Source: an uncultured Verrucomicrobiae bacterium (lineage in GTDB: Bacteria; Verrucomicrobiota; Verrucomicrobiia; Limisphaerales; Palsa-1400). Taken from it: a stretch of DNA of 64,000 bases. The stretch lies in NCBI GenBank assembly GCA_963702845.1, contig OY969763.1, positions 768,001 to 832,000 of the forward strand, written 5' to 3'. Of the stretch, positions 51,115 through 61,500 are shown in pieces; position 1 is the first letter of the stretch, and each line of letters opens with the position of its first letter. The notes below the pieces were generated by a model that saw only the letters and a program-made list of their open reading frames with translations, was not told where the DNA came from and ran no database searches. The position numbers and the translations under genes were made by a program.

Positions 51115-52494
51115 ATGCCCCTCCTCATAAAGAACGGTGAGATTATTACGGCGAGCGAACGCTACGTCGCGGATATTTATTGCGAAAACGAAACCATCAC
51201 CCGCATTGACAAAAACATTTCTGCGCCTGCCGGTGCTGATGTGATTGATGCGACGGGTAAGTTTGTTTTCCCCGGGTTCATTGATCCGCATGTGCATATT
51301 TATTTGCCGTTCATGGGGACGTTGGCAAAGGACACTCACGAAACGGCAAGCAAGGCCGCGCTTGTCGGTGGAACGACGACGTTTATCGAAATGATTTGTC
51401 CAAGTCGCGCGGATAAGCCGATGGAAGCTTTCGATCTTTGGCTCGGCAAAGCGCAAGGCAACAGCGCGTGCGATTTCACATTTCACATGGGCGTCACTCG
51501 GTACGATGCCGAAGCTGAAAAAGATTTTCGCGACATCGTCAAACGCGGTTGCAGTAGTTTTAAAATCTTCCTGGCATACAAAGGCGCGTTCGGCGTGACG
51601 GACGACGAACTTTACAACACGCTAAAGCTGGCGAAAGAACTCGGCGTCATTGTCACGGCGCACTGTGAAAATGCGGAACTCGTCGCTGAGTTGCAGAAGA
51701 AACTTTTGGCCGAAGGCAAGACGGGTCCTGAATACCATTATTGGAGCCGGCCACCTGTGGTTGAAGCGGAAGGCGTTCATCACCTGATGACTTTTGCCGA
51801 AATGACCGGTGCGCATGTTTACATCGTTCACACCAGTTGCGGCGAAGCGTTGCAGGAAGCGATGCACGGTTCCGCGCGGGGCGTAAAGGTTTGGGTGGAA
51901 ACGCTCATTCAATATTTGCTTTGCGATAAGACCGACGCGGAGAGGCCAAATTTTGAAGGTGCAAATTTTGTGATGTCGCCGCCACTTCGCGAAAAACACA
52001 ACCAGGACATCTTTTGGAACGCATTGCAGAAAGGTTTTGCTTCGACGCTCGCAACCGACCACGCGCCGTTCGATACGACGCAGAAGAAAATGGGCAAAGA
52101 CGATTTCACAAAGATCCCAAACGGCATTCCGTCACTGGAAGATCGCGTCAATCTTTACTACACCCACGGTGTGAAAACCGGACGCATCGACCTGCATCAA
52201 TTCGTCGCCACAGCGAGCACCAATACGGCGAAAATTTTCGGTCTGTTCCCGCGTAAAGGCACCATTCAAATGGGCGCGGACGCAGATCTCGTCGTTTACG
52301 ACCCCAACTACAGGGGTAAAATTTCTGCGAAGACCCATTCGATGAATCTCGATTACAATGCGTTCGAAGGAATGGAAATCGAGGGGCGTCCGAGCGCGGT
52401 CACTGTTCGCGGTCAGATTGCCGCGCGCGATGGTAAATTCGTCGGCAAAGTCGGCCGCGGCAAATTCCTCCAGCGCGAGCCGAATCATTTTTAG
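51115..52494 (+). CDS. hydA: Dihydropyrimidinase
   Basis: PGFIDPHVH, GGTTT, SFKIFLAYKG, AHCEN, VMSPPLR, TDHAPF, IPNGIP. Confidence 0.93.
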   Translation: MPLLIKNGEIITASERYVADIYCENETITRIDKNISAPAGADVIDATGKFVFPGFIDPHVHIYLPFMGTLAKDTHETASKAALVGGTTTFIEMICPSRADKPMEAFDLWLGKAQGNSACDFTFHMGVTRYDAEAEKDFRDIVKRGCSSFKIFLAYKGAFGVTDDELYNTLKLAKELGVIVTAHCENAELVAELQKKLLAEGKTGPEYHYWSRPPVVEAEGVHHLMTFAEMTGAHVYIVHTSCGEALQEAMHGSARGVKVWVETLIQYLLCDKTDAERPNFEGANFVMSPPLREKHNQDIFWNALQKGFASTLATDHAPFDTTQKKMGKDDFTKIPNGIPSLEDRVNLYYTHGVKTGRIDLHQFVATASTNTAKIFGLFPRKGTIQMGADADLVVYDPNYRGKISAKTHSMNLDYNAFEGMEIEGRPSAVTVRGQIAARDGKFVGKVGRGKFLQREPNHF

Positions 52495-52561
52495 TCTCGC
52501 CGCTGACTGCGCCGGTTCTCGAGTTGGGATAGATTGTTGACACTCGCACACGCGAGCGGGT

Positions 52562-53302
52562 GTGAACAAGAGAACGGCATTTACTTTGATTGAGCTTCTG
52601 GTCGTCGTCGCGATCATCGCTATTCTCGCCGCATTACTTCTGCCCACACTCGCGATGTCCAAGGAAAAAGCCAAGCGCGCGAGCTGTAAGAATAGTGAGC
52701 GGCAGTTCCTTTTGGCCCTGCACATGTACGGCGGCGACAACCTGCAACGCCTCCCGCCGGGAGCATCAGACGTCAGCGCCGAAGATGACCATCTGCCGGT
52801 ATTGTGTAGCATCACGAGCAACGCGGTAATCCGTTACAGCGGCAATCGCTCGATTCATTGCCCGAACTACCAGGATTATTTTATCACGCAGCAGGCCAAG
52901 CGCCCGGCAATAGAAGCGACTTACGGTTACGTCATCGGATACAATTATCACGGCGGCCATATCAACACGCCGTGGCCGGCAATTTCGGTATACACGAATC
53001 AGTGGGTTTCACCGATGAAGCTGACCGATTCACCTTTGTTAGTGTTGGTGTCAGAGATGAACGACTGGTCACCCGGATATCAGCAAACATTCGCTCCGCA
53101 TGGGAAAAACGGAGCTGTGATTTCAACCGGCGACTACGCAAACAATCCAAGTGCCGCCGGAGTTTCTTCGCGCGATGCTGGAGCTTTGGGCGGAAACATT
53201 GGGTTGCTCGATGGTTCGGTTTCGTGGAAGCGCGTTGACGACATGGTGATCTATCGTGGGTCGCAGGCATGGGACACCGACGGCTGTTGGGCGATGTGGT
53301 GA
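52562..53302 (+). CDS. Prepilin-type N-terminal cleavage/methylation domain protein
   Basis: [24 protein letters not shown]-terminal [11 protein letters not shown]. Confidence 0.9.
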   Translation: MNKRTAFTLIELLVVVAIIAILAALLLPTLAMSKEKAKRASCKNSERQFLLALHMYGGDNLQRLPPGASDVSAEDDHLPVLCSITSNAVIRYSGNRSIHCPNYQDYFITQQAKRPAIEATYGYVIGYNYHGGHINTPWPAISVYTNQWVSPMKLTDSPLLVLVSEMNDWSPGYQQTFAPHGKNGAVISTGDYANNPSAAGVSSRDAGALGGNIGLLDGSVSWKRVDDMVIYRGSQAWDTDGCWAMW

Positions 53303-53348
53303 CGCCCTGCGCTTGACGTCGGTGGCGTGAAGTTTATTGTTCGGCTAT

Positions 53349-53717
53349 ATGCAACATTCGTCTGGATTTCTGAAGGTCGTTAACGAAGCTCGCGTCAAAA
53401 TCAAAGAGGTCAGCGTCGCGGAAGCGCGCGCACGGATTGAGCAAAATCCCAAAGCTATTCTTGTCGATATTCGCGAAGATTCCGAATGGGCTAACGGCCA
53501 CGCGGCGCAGGCGATCCATCTCGGCAAAGGAATTCTGGAACGTGACATCGAAGAGACGATTACGGATAAAGACGCGGAGATTATATTGTATTGCGGCGGT
53601 GGGTATCGTTCCGCGTTGTCGGCAGAAATGGCGCAGCGGATGGGTTACAAGAATGTCGCGTCAATGATGGGTGGTTACAAAGGAATGGTTGTCGCTGGTT
53701 GGCCGATGACGAAGTAG
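53349..53717 (+). CDS. Rhodanese-like sulfurtransferase
   Basis: LVDIREDSEW..GH, LYCGGGYRSAL. Confidence 0.92.
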   Translation: MQHSSGFLKVVNEARVKIKEVSVAEARARIEQNPKAILVDIREDSEWANGHAAQAIHLGKGILERDIEETITDKDAEIILYCGGGYRSALSAEMAQRMGYKNVASMMGGYKGMVVAGWPMTK

Positions 53718-53794
53718 CGGCATTACGAAACTGTCATACAAACACCGTTGCGCGCTCGGGACGGTGCGGTAGTTTTGCAGCGAAAGGAAAATTT

Positions 53795-54808
53795 ATGTCT
53801 GCACGATTTTTTAAACCGATCTTCACTATCGCAATTGCTTCGGCTCTCGTCGCCAGCGCCGCACCGAAGCAGTATCACAAAATCACGGAGATTTCCGTCG
53901 GTGGTGAGGGTGGCTGGGATTATTTGGCGGTCGATGAAGCGGCGCGTCGGCTTTACGTGTCGCATGGCAATGTTGCTGTGGTCATCGACGTGGACAGCAA
54001 TAAACTGGTCGGACAAATCGAAGACACGCCGGGAATTCATGGCATTGCTATCGCGCCCAAGTTGGGACGTGTTTTTACAAGCAATGGACGCGAGAACAAG
54101 GTCAGTGTCGTTGATGCGAAAACGTTGAAGACGTTGTCGAAAGTGGAGACTGGCGAGAATCCGGACGCGATCATGTTTGAACCGGGCAAGTCTGAGGTCT
54201 ACGCGTTCAATGGCCGTGGTAAATCCGCGACGGTAATCGATGCGAAATCCGGCAAGGTTGTCGCGACTATTCCGCTGTCGGGCAAACCGGAATTTGCGGT
54301 GGCAGATCCGAAGGCGCATCAGGTTTACTGCAATCTTGAAGATAAGAGTGAGGTCGCGGTGATTGATACGAAATCGCACACCGTGAAAACGACATGGCCG
54401 GTCGCGCCGGGGGAGGAACCTTCAGGCATGGCATTTGATTCTGCGAATCATCGGTTGTTCCTGGGTTGCGGAAATAAGATGATGGTGATGATGGATAGCT
54501 CGAACGGGAAGGTGCTCGCGCATGTGCCGATCGGTGATGGTGTCGACGCGAATAAATTTGATCGCAAGAACGGTTATGCCTTTGCTTCCTGCCGCGACGG
54601 CACGGTGACAATCGCGAAGGAGAATGGAGACATGCTGGAGGTGTTACAAACTTTGAAGACTCAACAGGGGTCTCGAACGATGGCGTTGGATACGACCACC
54701 CATCGTATTTATTTAGCCGCGGCGGAGTTTGGTGAGCGGAAACCTGGAGAGCGTCGTCCTCCGATGAAGCCGGGGTCATTTAAGGTGTTGGTCTTCGGGA
54801 TGGACTAA
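53795..54808 (+). CDS. YncE-like secreted beta-propeller protein
   Basis: GGEGGWDYL.VD...RRLYVSH, HGIAIA, GSRTMALD. Confidence 0.88.
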   Translation: MSARFFKPIFTIAIASALVASAAPKQYHKITEISVGGEGGWDYLAVDEAARRLYVSHGNVAVVIDVDSNKLVGQIEDTPGIHGIAIAPKLGRVFTSNGRENKVSVVDAKTLKTLSKVETGENPDAIMFEPGKSEVYAFNGRGKSATVIDAKSGKVVATIPLSGKPEFAVADPKAHQVYCNLEDKSEVAVIDTKSHTVKTTWPVAPGEEPSGMAFDSANHRLFLGCGNKMMVMMDSSNGKVLAHVPIGDGVDANKFDRKNGYAFASCRDGTVTIAKENGDMLEVLQTLKTQQGSRTMALDTTTHRIYLAAAEFGERKPGERRPPMKPGSFKVLVFGMD

Positions 54809-55599
54809 GCCGATTTGTCGAACCTGAAAAACGCCTGTGCGGTGCGGCACGTTTGCTCGCTTAATTCTTCGAGCGAGCAATTTCTAACTTGTGCGGCGAG
54901 ATCGGCGATTTCTTTGACGTATGCGGGTTCGCAGCGCTTTCCTCGATAGGGCACCGGAGCAAGGAATGGGCAGTCGGTCTCCAGCATGAAGCGATCGGTT
55001 GGAGCGGCGGCTAAAGCGTCGCGAGCGCTTTGTGCGGTTTTGAATGTTAGCAGACCGGTGAAGCTGACCAGTGAGCCGAGTTCGAGAACGCGATTGAGAG
55101 AGGGGATGGGCTCAGAAAAACAGTGAAAGACGCCGCGCACTTTTTCACGGAATGGCTCCATTTGAGTGATGACGTCGTCGAAGGAATTGCGTTGGTGAAT
55201 GACGCAGTTGAGACCGAGTTGGGTGGCAACTTCCATTTGCTGACGAAAGATGCTGGCTTGTTTGGCCTTATACCCGTCGTGATTGCCTTCAGGCATGCGA
55301 TGGTAATCGAGACCAGTTTCGCCAATGGCGACCACTTTTGGGTGTTTCGCTAAATCGCGCAGGGCAGGGCGGATGTCTTCAGGCGCTTCCAAAACGTGCG
55401 TGGGATGCCAGCCCACGACGGCAAACACGTTTGGAAACTTTTCAGCGATAGCGATCGCACGTTTGCTGCCTTCGAGGTCGGTTCCGATCGAGATAATGCG
55501 CTCAATTCCCACCGCGTGCGCGCGAGCTACCACAGCGTCGACATCGACTTTGAAATCGGGGAAATCGAGATGGGCGTGCGTGTCGTAAAAAACTGCCAT
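54805..55599 (-). CDS. tatD: TatD family DNase
   Basis: DTHAHL, GWHP, AIGETGLDY, GVFHCF, ETDCPFLAP. Confidence 0.9.
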   Translation of the reverse strand: MAVFYDTHAHLDFPDFKVDVDAVVARAHAVGIERIISIGTDLEGSKRAIAIAEKFPNVFAVVGWHPTHVLEAPEDIRPALRDLAKHPKVVAIGETGLDYHRMPEGNHDGYKAKQASIFRQQMEVATQLGLNCVIHQRNSFDDVITQMEPFREKVRGVFHCFSEPIPSLNRVLELGSLVSFTGLLTFKTAQSARDALAAAPTDRFMLETDCPFLAPVPYRGKRCEPAYVKEIADLAAQVRNCSLEELSEQTCRTAQAFFRFDKSA

Positions 55600-55616
55600 G
55601 CGCACAGTGTGGCTTG

Positions 55617-57848
55617 CTACTGAAACCCAAGCAAGTGCCCGCCGTGGTAAACGACGAATGCGAATGTCCACGCGAGAACGCCCATATAGATCCATTGGAA
55701 TAACGGCCATTTCCAGGAATTGGTTTCGCGACGGACGACGGCGACGGTGCTGATGCATTGCATGGCGAGGACGTAGAAGACCATCAATGAAAGGCAGGTC
55801 AGCGTCGTGTAAACGGCGGTGCCGTCGGGACGTTTTTCATCGCGCAGGACCTGTGCAAGGTCGCGGGTGTGAGCGCCCTCGTCGGTATTTTCGGCGACGT
55901 TGTAGACGATGGACATGGTGCTGACGAAGACTTCACGCGCGGCGAAGGAGGAGACGAGGCCGATCCCGATTTTCCAATCGAAACCGAGCGGCCTGATGAT
56001 GGGTTCGAGAGCGCGGCCTGCCATACCGGCAAAGCTGTTGCGAACGCGTTCGCTACTGGCGGTCGTGGCTGATGCGGCCTGAGTTTGCAACGACGACGCG
56101 ACGTTTGTTGTTTGGTTCGTCGTTGTGTGACGCGGATAGCTGGCGAGGAACCAGAGCAAAATGTTGATGCCGAGAATGACGGTGCCGGCTTTGCGGAGGA
56201 ACAGTTTTGAACGGTCCCACATGTGACGAGCGACGATGCGCGCGAGCGGGCGTTTGTAGGGCGGCAGTTCCATCACCAGCATCGGTGTCTCGCCTTTGAG
56301 CAACGTTTTCTTGAAGAGCCATGCCATCAAGAGTGCGACGACGATGCCGAGGAGATACATCGAGAGCATGGTGAGACTGGCCATGAGTTGTCGGCCGGGA
56401 AACATGGCGGCGATGATCAAAATATAAACCGGTAATCGCGCGGAGCAGCTCATCAATGGCGCGACGAGGATTGTGACGAGCCGATCTTTTGGAGTTTCGA
56501 TGGTGCGCGTGGCCATGATGCCGGGGATGGCGCACGCGAAGGAGCTGAGCATCGGGATGAAACTTTTTCCGTGCAGCCCGACTTTGCTCATCAACCGGTC
56601 CATTAAAAATGCGGCGCGTGCCATGTAGCCAGTGTCTTCGAGCAGGCCGATGAAGAAGAAGAGTAAACAAATTTGCGGTAGAAAAACGACGACAGCGCCG
56701 ACGCCTTGAATGACACCGTTGACGAGGAGATCGCGCAGGTCTCCGGGTGGCATGGCGTTTCCAACCGCGTCACCGGCTAACTTGAAACCGGTTTTTAGCA
56801 GTTCCATCGGAATGGGCGCCAGAGTGAAGATGCTGAGGAACATCACAGCCATGATGGCGACGAAAATGAGCATTCCCCAAAACCGATGCGTCACGACACG
56901 GTCGAGTTTGTCGCTGAAATTTTCACCGCTCAAACCACTGTCGCTCGTGACTAATTGCTGGATTGCGGAGATGCGGAGGTAGCGCGCTTCGATCGTCGCA
57001 CTACGCCAATCCAGTCCGGTGGCTTCAATGCGTGCGCGCGCGGCTTCGACCGACTGAACGACACTCGCAGAATAATGTGAGGCGCTGCCCCGCAGGAATT
57101 TCTCGTCCGACAAGATCAACACCGCTTCCGCGTGCGCGGACGTATGGCGTTGGTGAAATGCGTTAGCGAGGAGGTCTGACAGAGGCTCGATCTCTTTGGC
57201 TATCGCGGCGGGTAATTCGTAAAAGGGTTTTGGCGTCGTGCGTTTTGGCGCGCGCACGAGTTCAACGATGCCCTTGCGCAACTCGGGAATTCCTTCGCCT
57301 GTGTTGGCGATAAGGGGAAGCACAGGGATGCCAAGTTGATTTGAAAGCTTTTCGGCGTCGATGGCATGACCATTTCCGGCGGCGACATCGACCATGTTCA
57401 ACCCGATGATCGTCGGATAGCCAAGTTCGACGACTTGTGTGGCGAAATACAAATTGCGTTCCAGGTTAGACGCATCGACGACGACAATGACAAGGCAAGG
57501 CGCCGGCACTTCAGACAAACGATGAAAGAGAACATCGCGCGCGACCTGTTCGTCGAGCGATTGCGGACTGAGACTGTAGGTCCCAGGCAGATCCAGGATT
57601 GTGATGGGCAGCTCATTGGGGGAGCCTTGGAGTTTCCCCTCTTTGCGTTCCACGGTGACACCGGCGTAATTGCCGACGCGCGCACGCAAACCAGTGAGCG
57701 CATTGAAGACAGTGGTTTTGCCGGAATTCGGATTACCGGTCAGGACAACGTATGCCGGTTGCGTGCGCGGTGAGGCACTGCCTCGTTGAGACTGAGTCTC
57801 AATAGGCGATTTTGCTGCGCTCGGTTGTGTTTTATCCTGTGTTAACAT
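55617..57848 (-). CDS. feoB: Ferrous iron transporter B
   Basis: GNPNSGKTT, VGNYAGVTVE, DLPGTYSL, LEDTGYMARAAF, FAAREV. Confidence 0.96.
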   Translation of the reverse strand: MLTQDKTQPSAAKSPIETQSQRGSASPRTQPAYVVLTGNPNSGKTTVFNALTGLRARVGNYAGVTVERKEGKLQGSPNELPITILDLPGTYSLSPQSLDEQVARDVLFHRLSEVPAPCLVIVVVDASNLERNLYFATQVVELGYPTIIGLNMVDVAAGNGHAIDAEKLSNQLGIPVLPLIANTGEGIPELRKGIVELVRAPKRTTPKPFYELPAAIAKEIEPLSDLLANAFHQRHTSAHAEAVLILSDEKFLRGSASHYSASVVQSVEAARARIEATGLDWRSATIEARYLRISAIQQLVTSDSGLSGENFSDKLDRVVTHRFWGMLIFVAIMAVMFLSIFTLAPIPMELLKTGFKLAGDAVGNAMPPGDLRDLLVNGVIQGVGAVVVFLPQICLLFFFIGLLEDTGYMARAAFLMDRLMSKVGLHGKSFIPMLSSFACAIPGIMATRTIETPKDRLVTILVAPLMSCSARLPVYILIIAAMFPGRQLMASLTMLSMYLLGIVVALLMAWLFKKTLLKGETPMLVMELPPYKRPLARIVARHMWDRSKLFLRKAGTVILGINILLWFLASYPRHTTTNQTTNVASSLQTQAASATTASSERVRNSFAGMAGRALEPIIRPLGFDWKIGIGLVSSFAAREVFVSTMSIVYNVAENTDEGAHTRDLAQVLRDEKRPDGTAVYTTLTCLSLMVFYVLAMQCISTVAVVRRETNSWKWPLFQWIYMGVLAWTFAFVVYHGGHLLGFQ
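57786..57802. promoter_or_regulatory. Palindromic Fur-like box at the 5' end of feoB
   Basis: TTGAGACT-G-AGTCTCAA, perfect 8-1-8 palindrome; near-copy at 58440. Confidence 0.55.
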
Positions 57849-57879
57849 TCGAAGGGATTTGCCGATTAGGGCGCCTGCC

Positions 57880-58113
57880 TCATTTCGATTCTACAAAAAT
57901 TTGCTCAGCGTCTGCCCGTCGTAACGTCAGATGATAGCCACGCACTTTGATTTCAACGGGATCGCCTAACGGCGCGAAGCGAACCAATTGCACCGGTGTG
58001 CCGACGAGCAGTCCCATTTCAAGCAAACGTCCCCGGCTTTGCGGTGGCACTTTGATTTCCGTGACCGTTGCAGCGCTTCCCATGGTCAATGAAGTCAGTG
58101 GCTGGCTTGGCAT
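57880..58113 (-). CDS. feoA: FeoA family protein
   Basis: RLLEMGLLVGT...RFAPLGDPVEIKVRGYHLTLR. Confidence 0.92.
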   Translation of the reverse strand: MPSQPLTSLTMGSAATVTEIKVPPQSRGRLLEMGLLVGTPVQLVRFAPLGDPVEIKVRGYHLTLRRADAEQIFVESK

Positions 58114-58114
58114 A

Positions 58115-58420
58115 TCACGCTGCCTTGCGCGACACTGTGATGGGAGATACGGGCTCAACCAAAATCTTATCGGCCAGTCGCGTGCTGATCCCGAGGCGCG
58201 CATTACAGACCTGGCAAATGATCGTGTTTTCGCGGGTCAAAACTTTGATCTGTTGCTCTTCGCCCAAGCCCATCTCACGCAGTCGTTTGGCCAGATCGTC
58301 GTCACACGCCAAGTGCTTGATGCGCACCGAGGAGCCGTCGCGCAGATGGCTCAGCGGGCACAGTTCAGGCTGCGGACAAACTTTATCATCGCAAGCCGTA
58401 TGCACTGGCACTTCATTCAC
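58115..58420 (-). CDS. feoA: FeoA family protein (second copy)
   Basis: RLREMGL.E...ICQVCNARLGIS..LA..ILV. Confidence 0.85.
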   Translation of the reverse strand: MNEVPVHTACDDKVCPQPELCPLSHLRDGSSVRIKHLACDDDLAKRLREMGLGEEQQIKVLTRENTIICQVCNARLGISTRLADKILVEPVSPITVSRKAA

Positions 58421-58439
58421 GCGAACGAGGGTAAGCTAA

Positions 58440-58456
58440 TTGAGACTGAGTTGCAA
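58440..58456. promoter_or_regulatory. Fur-like box upstream of feoAAB
   Basis: TTGAGACTGAGTTGCAA, about 20 bp upstream of the first feoA. Confidence 0.6.
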
Positions 58457-58547
58457 GTGGAGTTGGAGGGCAGAAATTGGTTTTTTGACACCATTTTTTG
58501 GCTTTCGGGTCGCAAGAGAACTTCGGTATGCTCGTTTAATGGTTCCC

Positions 58548-59528
58548 ATGTCTCGACTAATCATCGGCCTTTTACTGGCCGTCGGTGTTCTCGCCGTGTC
58601 CGCGGCTGACCAGAAATATACGATTGCGGTGATTCCGAAAGGCACGACGCATGAGTTTTGGAAAGCGATCCACGCCGGTGCGCTGAAGGCGCAGCAGGAA
58701 CTCAAGACACGTGGAATCAACGTCGACATCATTTGGAAAGGGCCACTACGTGAGGACGATCGGGACCAGCAAATCCAGGTCGTCGAGAATTTTGTCGCGC
58801 GACATGTGAATGGGATTGTGCTCGCCCCGTTGGATTCGCAAGCGTTAGTGCGTCCGGTGGTCACGGCAGCGGCTGCGAAGGTGCCGGTCGTGATCATCGA
58901 CTCGGGACTAAAGACGGACAAATACCAGAGCTTTGTTGCGACGGATAACTTTAAGGGTGGCATTCTCGCCGGTGAGGAGTTGGGCCGATTGCTCGGTGGA
59001 AAAGGCGATGTGATTTTGTTGCGTTATGCCGTTGGTTCGGCGAGTACGGAGCAACGCGAGGCTGGGTTTCTCGACGCAATCAAAAAGTTTCCAGATATAA
59101 AAATTCTGTCGTCCGATCAGCATGCGGGCGCGACGCGTGAGTTGGCTTATCAGACTTCGCAAAATTTGTTGAACCGTTATGGCCGCGAGGTGAACGGGAT
59201 TTTCGTGCCGAACGAATCCGTTACTGTCGGGATGGCCAAGGCATTGCGCGACATAGGCAAGGCCGGCGGCAAAGTGAAGCTCATCGGTTTTGATTCGGGT
59301 TCGCTGTCGGTGCAGGATTTGAAAAACGGGGATGTGCAGGCATTGATCGTTCAAAATCCGGTCAAGATGTCGTATGTAGGAGTGATGACGGTGGTCGATG
59401 TGCTCACTGGCAAAACTGTACCGAAACGGATTGATACGGGTGTGGCGTTGATAACGCGCGAGAACATGAATCAGCCGGAAATGCAGGAACTGCTGTATCC
59501 ACCGCTCAAGAAATATTTGAATGAGTGA
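58548..59528 (+). CDS. Sugar ABC transporter substrate-binding protein (RbsB-like)
   Basis: IAVIPKGTTHEFWK, GIVLAP, VATDN..GG, IGFD, VQNP..M. Confidence 0.92.
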   Translation: MSRLIIGLLLAVGVLAVSAADQKYTIAVIPKGTTHEFWKAIHAGALKAQQELKTRGINVDIIWKGPLREDDRDQQIQVVENFVARHVNGIVLAPLDSQALVRPVVTAAAAKVPVVIIDSGLKTDKYQSFVATDNFKGGILAGEELGRLLGGKGDVILLRYAVGSASTEQREAGFLDAIKKFPDIKILSSDQHAGATRELAYQTSQNLLNRYGREVNGIFVPNESVTVGMAKALRDIGKAGGKVKLIGFDSGSLSVQDLKNGDVQALIVQNPVKMSYVGVMTVVDVLTGKTVPKRIDTGVALITRENMNQPEMQELLYPPLKKYLNE

Positions 59529-60570
59529 CGGTGTTTCAACTGGGTTGAGTAGCGCCAGCGTCATAAAGCGAGGCCGTTTGGGAACTGGCGCTCTGGTGAG
59601 AATGCTTTCTGGTTTGAGCAATGTTTTCGGACCATTGCTGGGATTGGCTTTCGTTATCGGCCTGTTCTGCCTCAGTTCGGAGGTGCGGCCATATTTTCTA
59701 ACCGGCGGGAACTTTAAGATTATTTTCACGCAAGCGGTTGTCGTTTCCATCGCCGCACTTGGAATGACGATGGTCATCATCAGCGGCGGAATCGATTTGA
59801 GTGCAGGGGCCTCCATTGCGTTGACCAGTGTGATTGGGGCGATTGCGTTGGCGAACAATCTTGGACCGGTTGCTGCGTTGGCCGGAGCACTTATCGTTGG
59901 CGCTTTGGTTGGTTTGATAAACGGCGCGGTTATTTCAGGATTCAAAATGATGCCTTTCATCGTGACGCTTGGCACGATGGGCATTGCGCGGGGCGTGGCA
60001 CTTTGGGTTTCCGGTAGTCAAACCGTGATGGTTCCTGACACTTGGGTCAACAAGTTGATGGAGCAGCAATCGCCGGATCAATTGCTACCGGTGCCGATGG
60101 GTGTATGGGTGACAGTTGCAATGGCCGTCGTGGTTGCGCTGGTGATGCGCGAGACAGTTTTCGGCCGTTACATTTTTGCAATGGGCGGCAACGAGTTAGC
60201 TGCGCGTCTTTCGGGGGTGCGAGTCCGATTTCAGAAGACGTGTGTTTACGCGTGCGCTGGGGTTCTTTTTGGATTGGCCGGAGTGATGCAACTCTCGCGG
60301 TTGACCCAGGGCGATCCTTCGACGGCAAACGGCTTGGAACTCGACATCATCGCCGCTGTGGTGATTGGTGGCGCGAGCTTGAATGGTGGCATAGGCAGCA
60401 TACCCGGGGCGTTGATTGGGGCGCTGATCATGGCCGTGCTGCGAAATGGCTCGAGCCAGATGGGCTGGCCTACCTATGTGCAGCAAATCATAATTGGCGG
60501 AGTTATCATTATCGCGGTGGGGTTGGACAGGTTACGACGCACCAGCCGAGCGAAACATTTGTCCCCTTGA
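59521..60570 (+). CDS. Sugar ABC transporter permease (RbsC-like)
   Basis: IISGGIDLS.G, PFIVTLG, GGNE.AARLSG, ELDIIAAVVIGGASL.GG. Confidence 0.93.
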   Translation: MSDGVSTGLSSASVIKRGRLGTGALVRMLSGLSNVFGPLLGLAFVIGLFCLSSEVRPYFLTGGNFKIIFTQAVVVSIAALGMTMVIISGGIDLSAGASIALTSVIGAIALANNLGPVAALAGALIVGALVGLINGAVISGFKMMPFIVTLGTMGIARGVALWVSGSQTVMVPDTWVNKLMEQQSPDQLLPVPMGVWVTVAMAVVVALVMRETVFGRYIFAMGGNELAARLSGVRVRFQKTCVYACAGVLFGLAGVMQLSRLTQGDPSTANGLELDIIAAVVIGGASLNGGIGSIPGALIGALIMAVLRNGSSQMGWPTYVQQIIIGGVIIIAVGLDRLRRTSRAKHLSP

Positions 60571-60608
60571 ATTTCCCGTCGACGAGTCCAATCTATTGAC
60601 ACAGCTGC

Positions 60609-61499
60609 ATGAATAGCCGCGAAAACATCTCTGCCGATTCGGCGCCTCTCGCCAACCTCGATGAATGGGAGGATTTTCTGAAGGAGCGCTATCCCGAGAA
60701 GCCGTTCCAAACTGTCGATCCAAACAAGAAGAAGGAACAGTTCCGCAATTATGAGGCTGATGCACGCCCGACTGTCCGTGAATTTTATCGGTTGAATCAT
60801 CGTTATCAGACGCGCGATTTTGTGCAGCAGAAGAGACGTGAATTCCTGGCGCTGAATCGTAAACAAATGGGAATTTGGGAAGCGCTCGAGTTTCTTAATC
60901 AACTGGTCGATGACAGTGATCCGGATACGAACCTGACGCAGTTGGATCACTTGGTGCAGACGGCTGAACAAATTCGAAAAGATGGACATCCACGTTGGTT
61001 CATTTTAACGGGTTTGATCCATGATCTCGGCAAGATCCTGTGCTTGTTCGGGGAGCCACAATGGGCGGTGGTTGGCGATACGTTCCCGGTCGGTTGCGCA
61101 TATTCCGACAAGATCATTTTCCACGATTTTTTTGCGGACAATCCAGACAGCAAAAACCCGCAATATCAGACGCGCCTTGGCGTCTATGACCAGAACCGCG
61201 GGCTCGACACTGTGCAGATGTCATGGGGGCACGACGAATATTTATATAACGTGGTCAAAGATTACCTTCCGATGGAAGCGCTCTACATGATTCGTTATCA
61301 CTCGTTTTATCCCGCGCATCGCGAGTGCGAATACGATTACCTGATGAACGATCAGGACCGCAAAATGTTGAAATGGGTACAGGCGTTCAATCCTTACGAC
61401 CTCTACACAAAGAGCCAGCAGCCGCCGAATGTGAAAGAATTGCGGCCGTTTTACGACGATTTGATTGGGGAATTTTTCCCGCCGGTGATGAAGTGGTGA
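60609..61499 (+). CDS. myo-Inositol oxygenase (MIOX family)
   Basis: [59 protein letters not shown]. Confidence 0.92.
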   Translation: MNSRENISADSAPLANLDEWEDFLKERYPEKPFQTVDPNKKKEQFRNYEADARPTVREFYRLNHRYQTRDFVQQKRREFLALNRKQMGIWEALEFLNQLVDDSDPDTNLTQLDHLVQTAEQIRKDGHPRWFILTGLIHDLGKILCLFGEPQWAVVGDTFPVGCAYSDKIIFHDFFADNPDSKNPQYQTRLGVYDQNRGLDTVQMSWGHDEYLYNVVKDYLPMEALYMIRYHSFYPAHRECEYDYLMNDQDRKMLKWVQAFNPYDLYTKSQQPPNVKELRPFYDDLIGEFFPPVMKW

Positions 61500-61500
61500 T

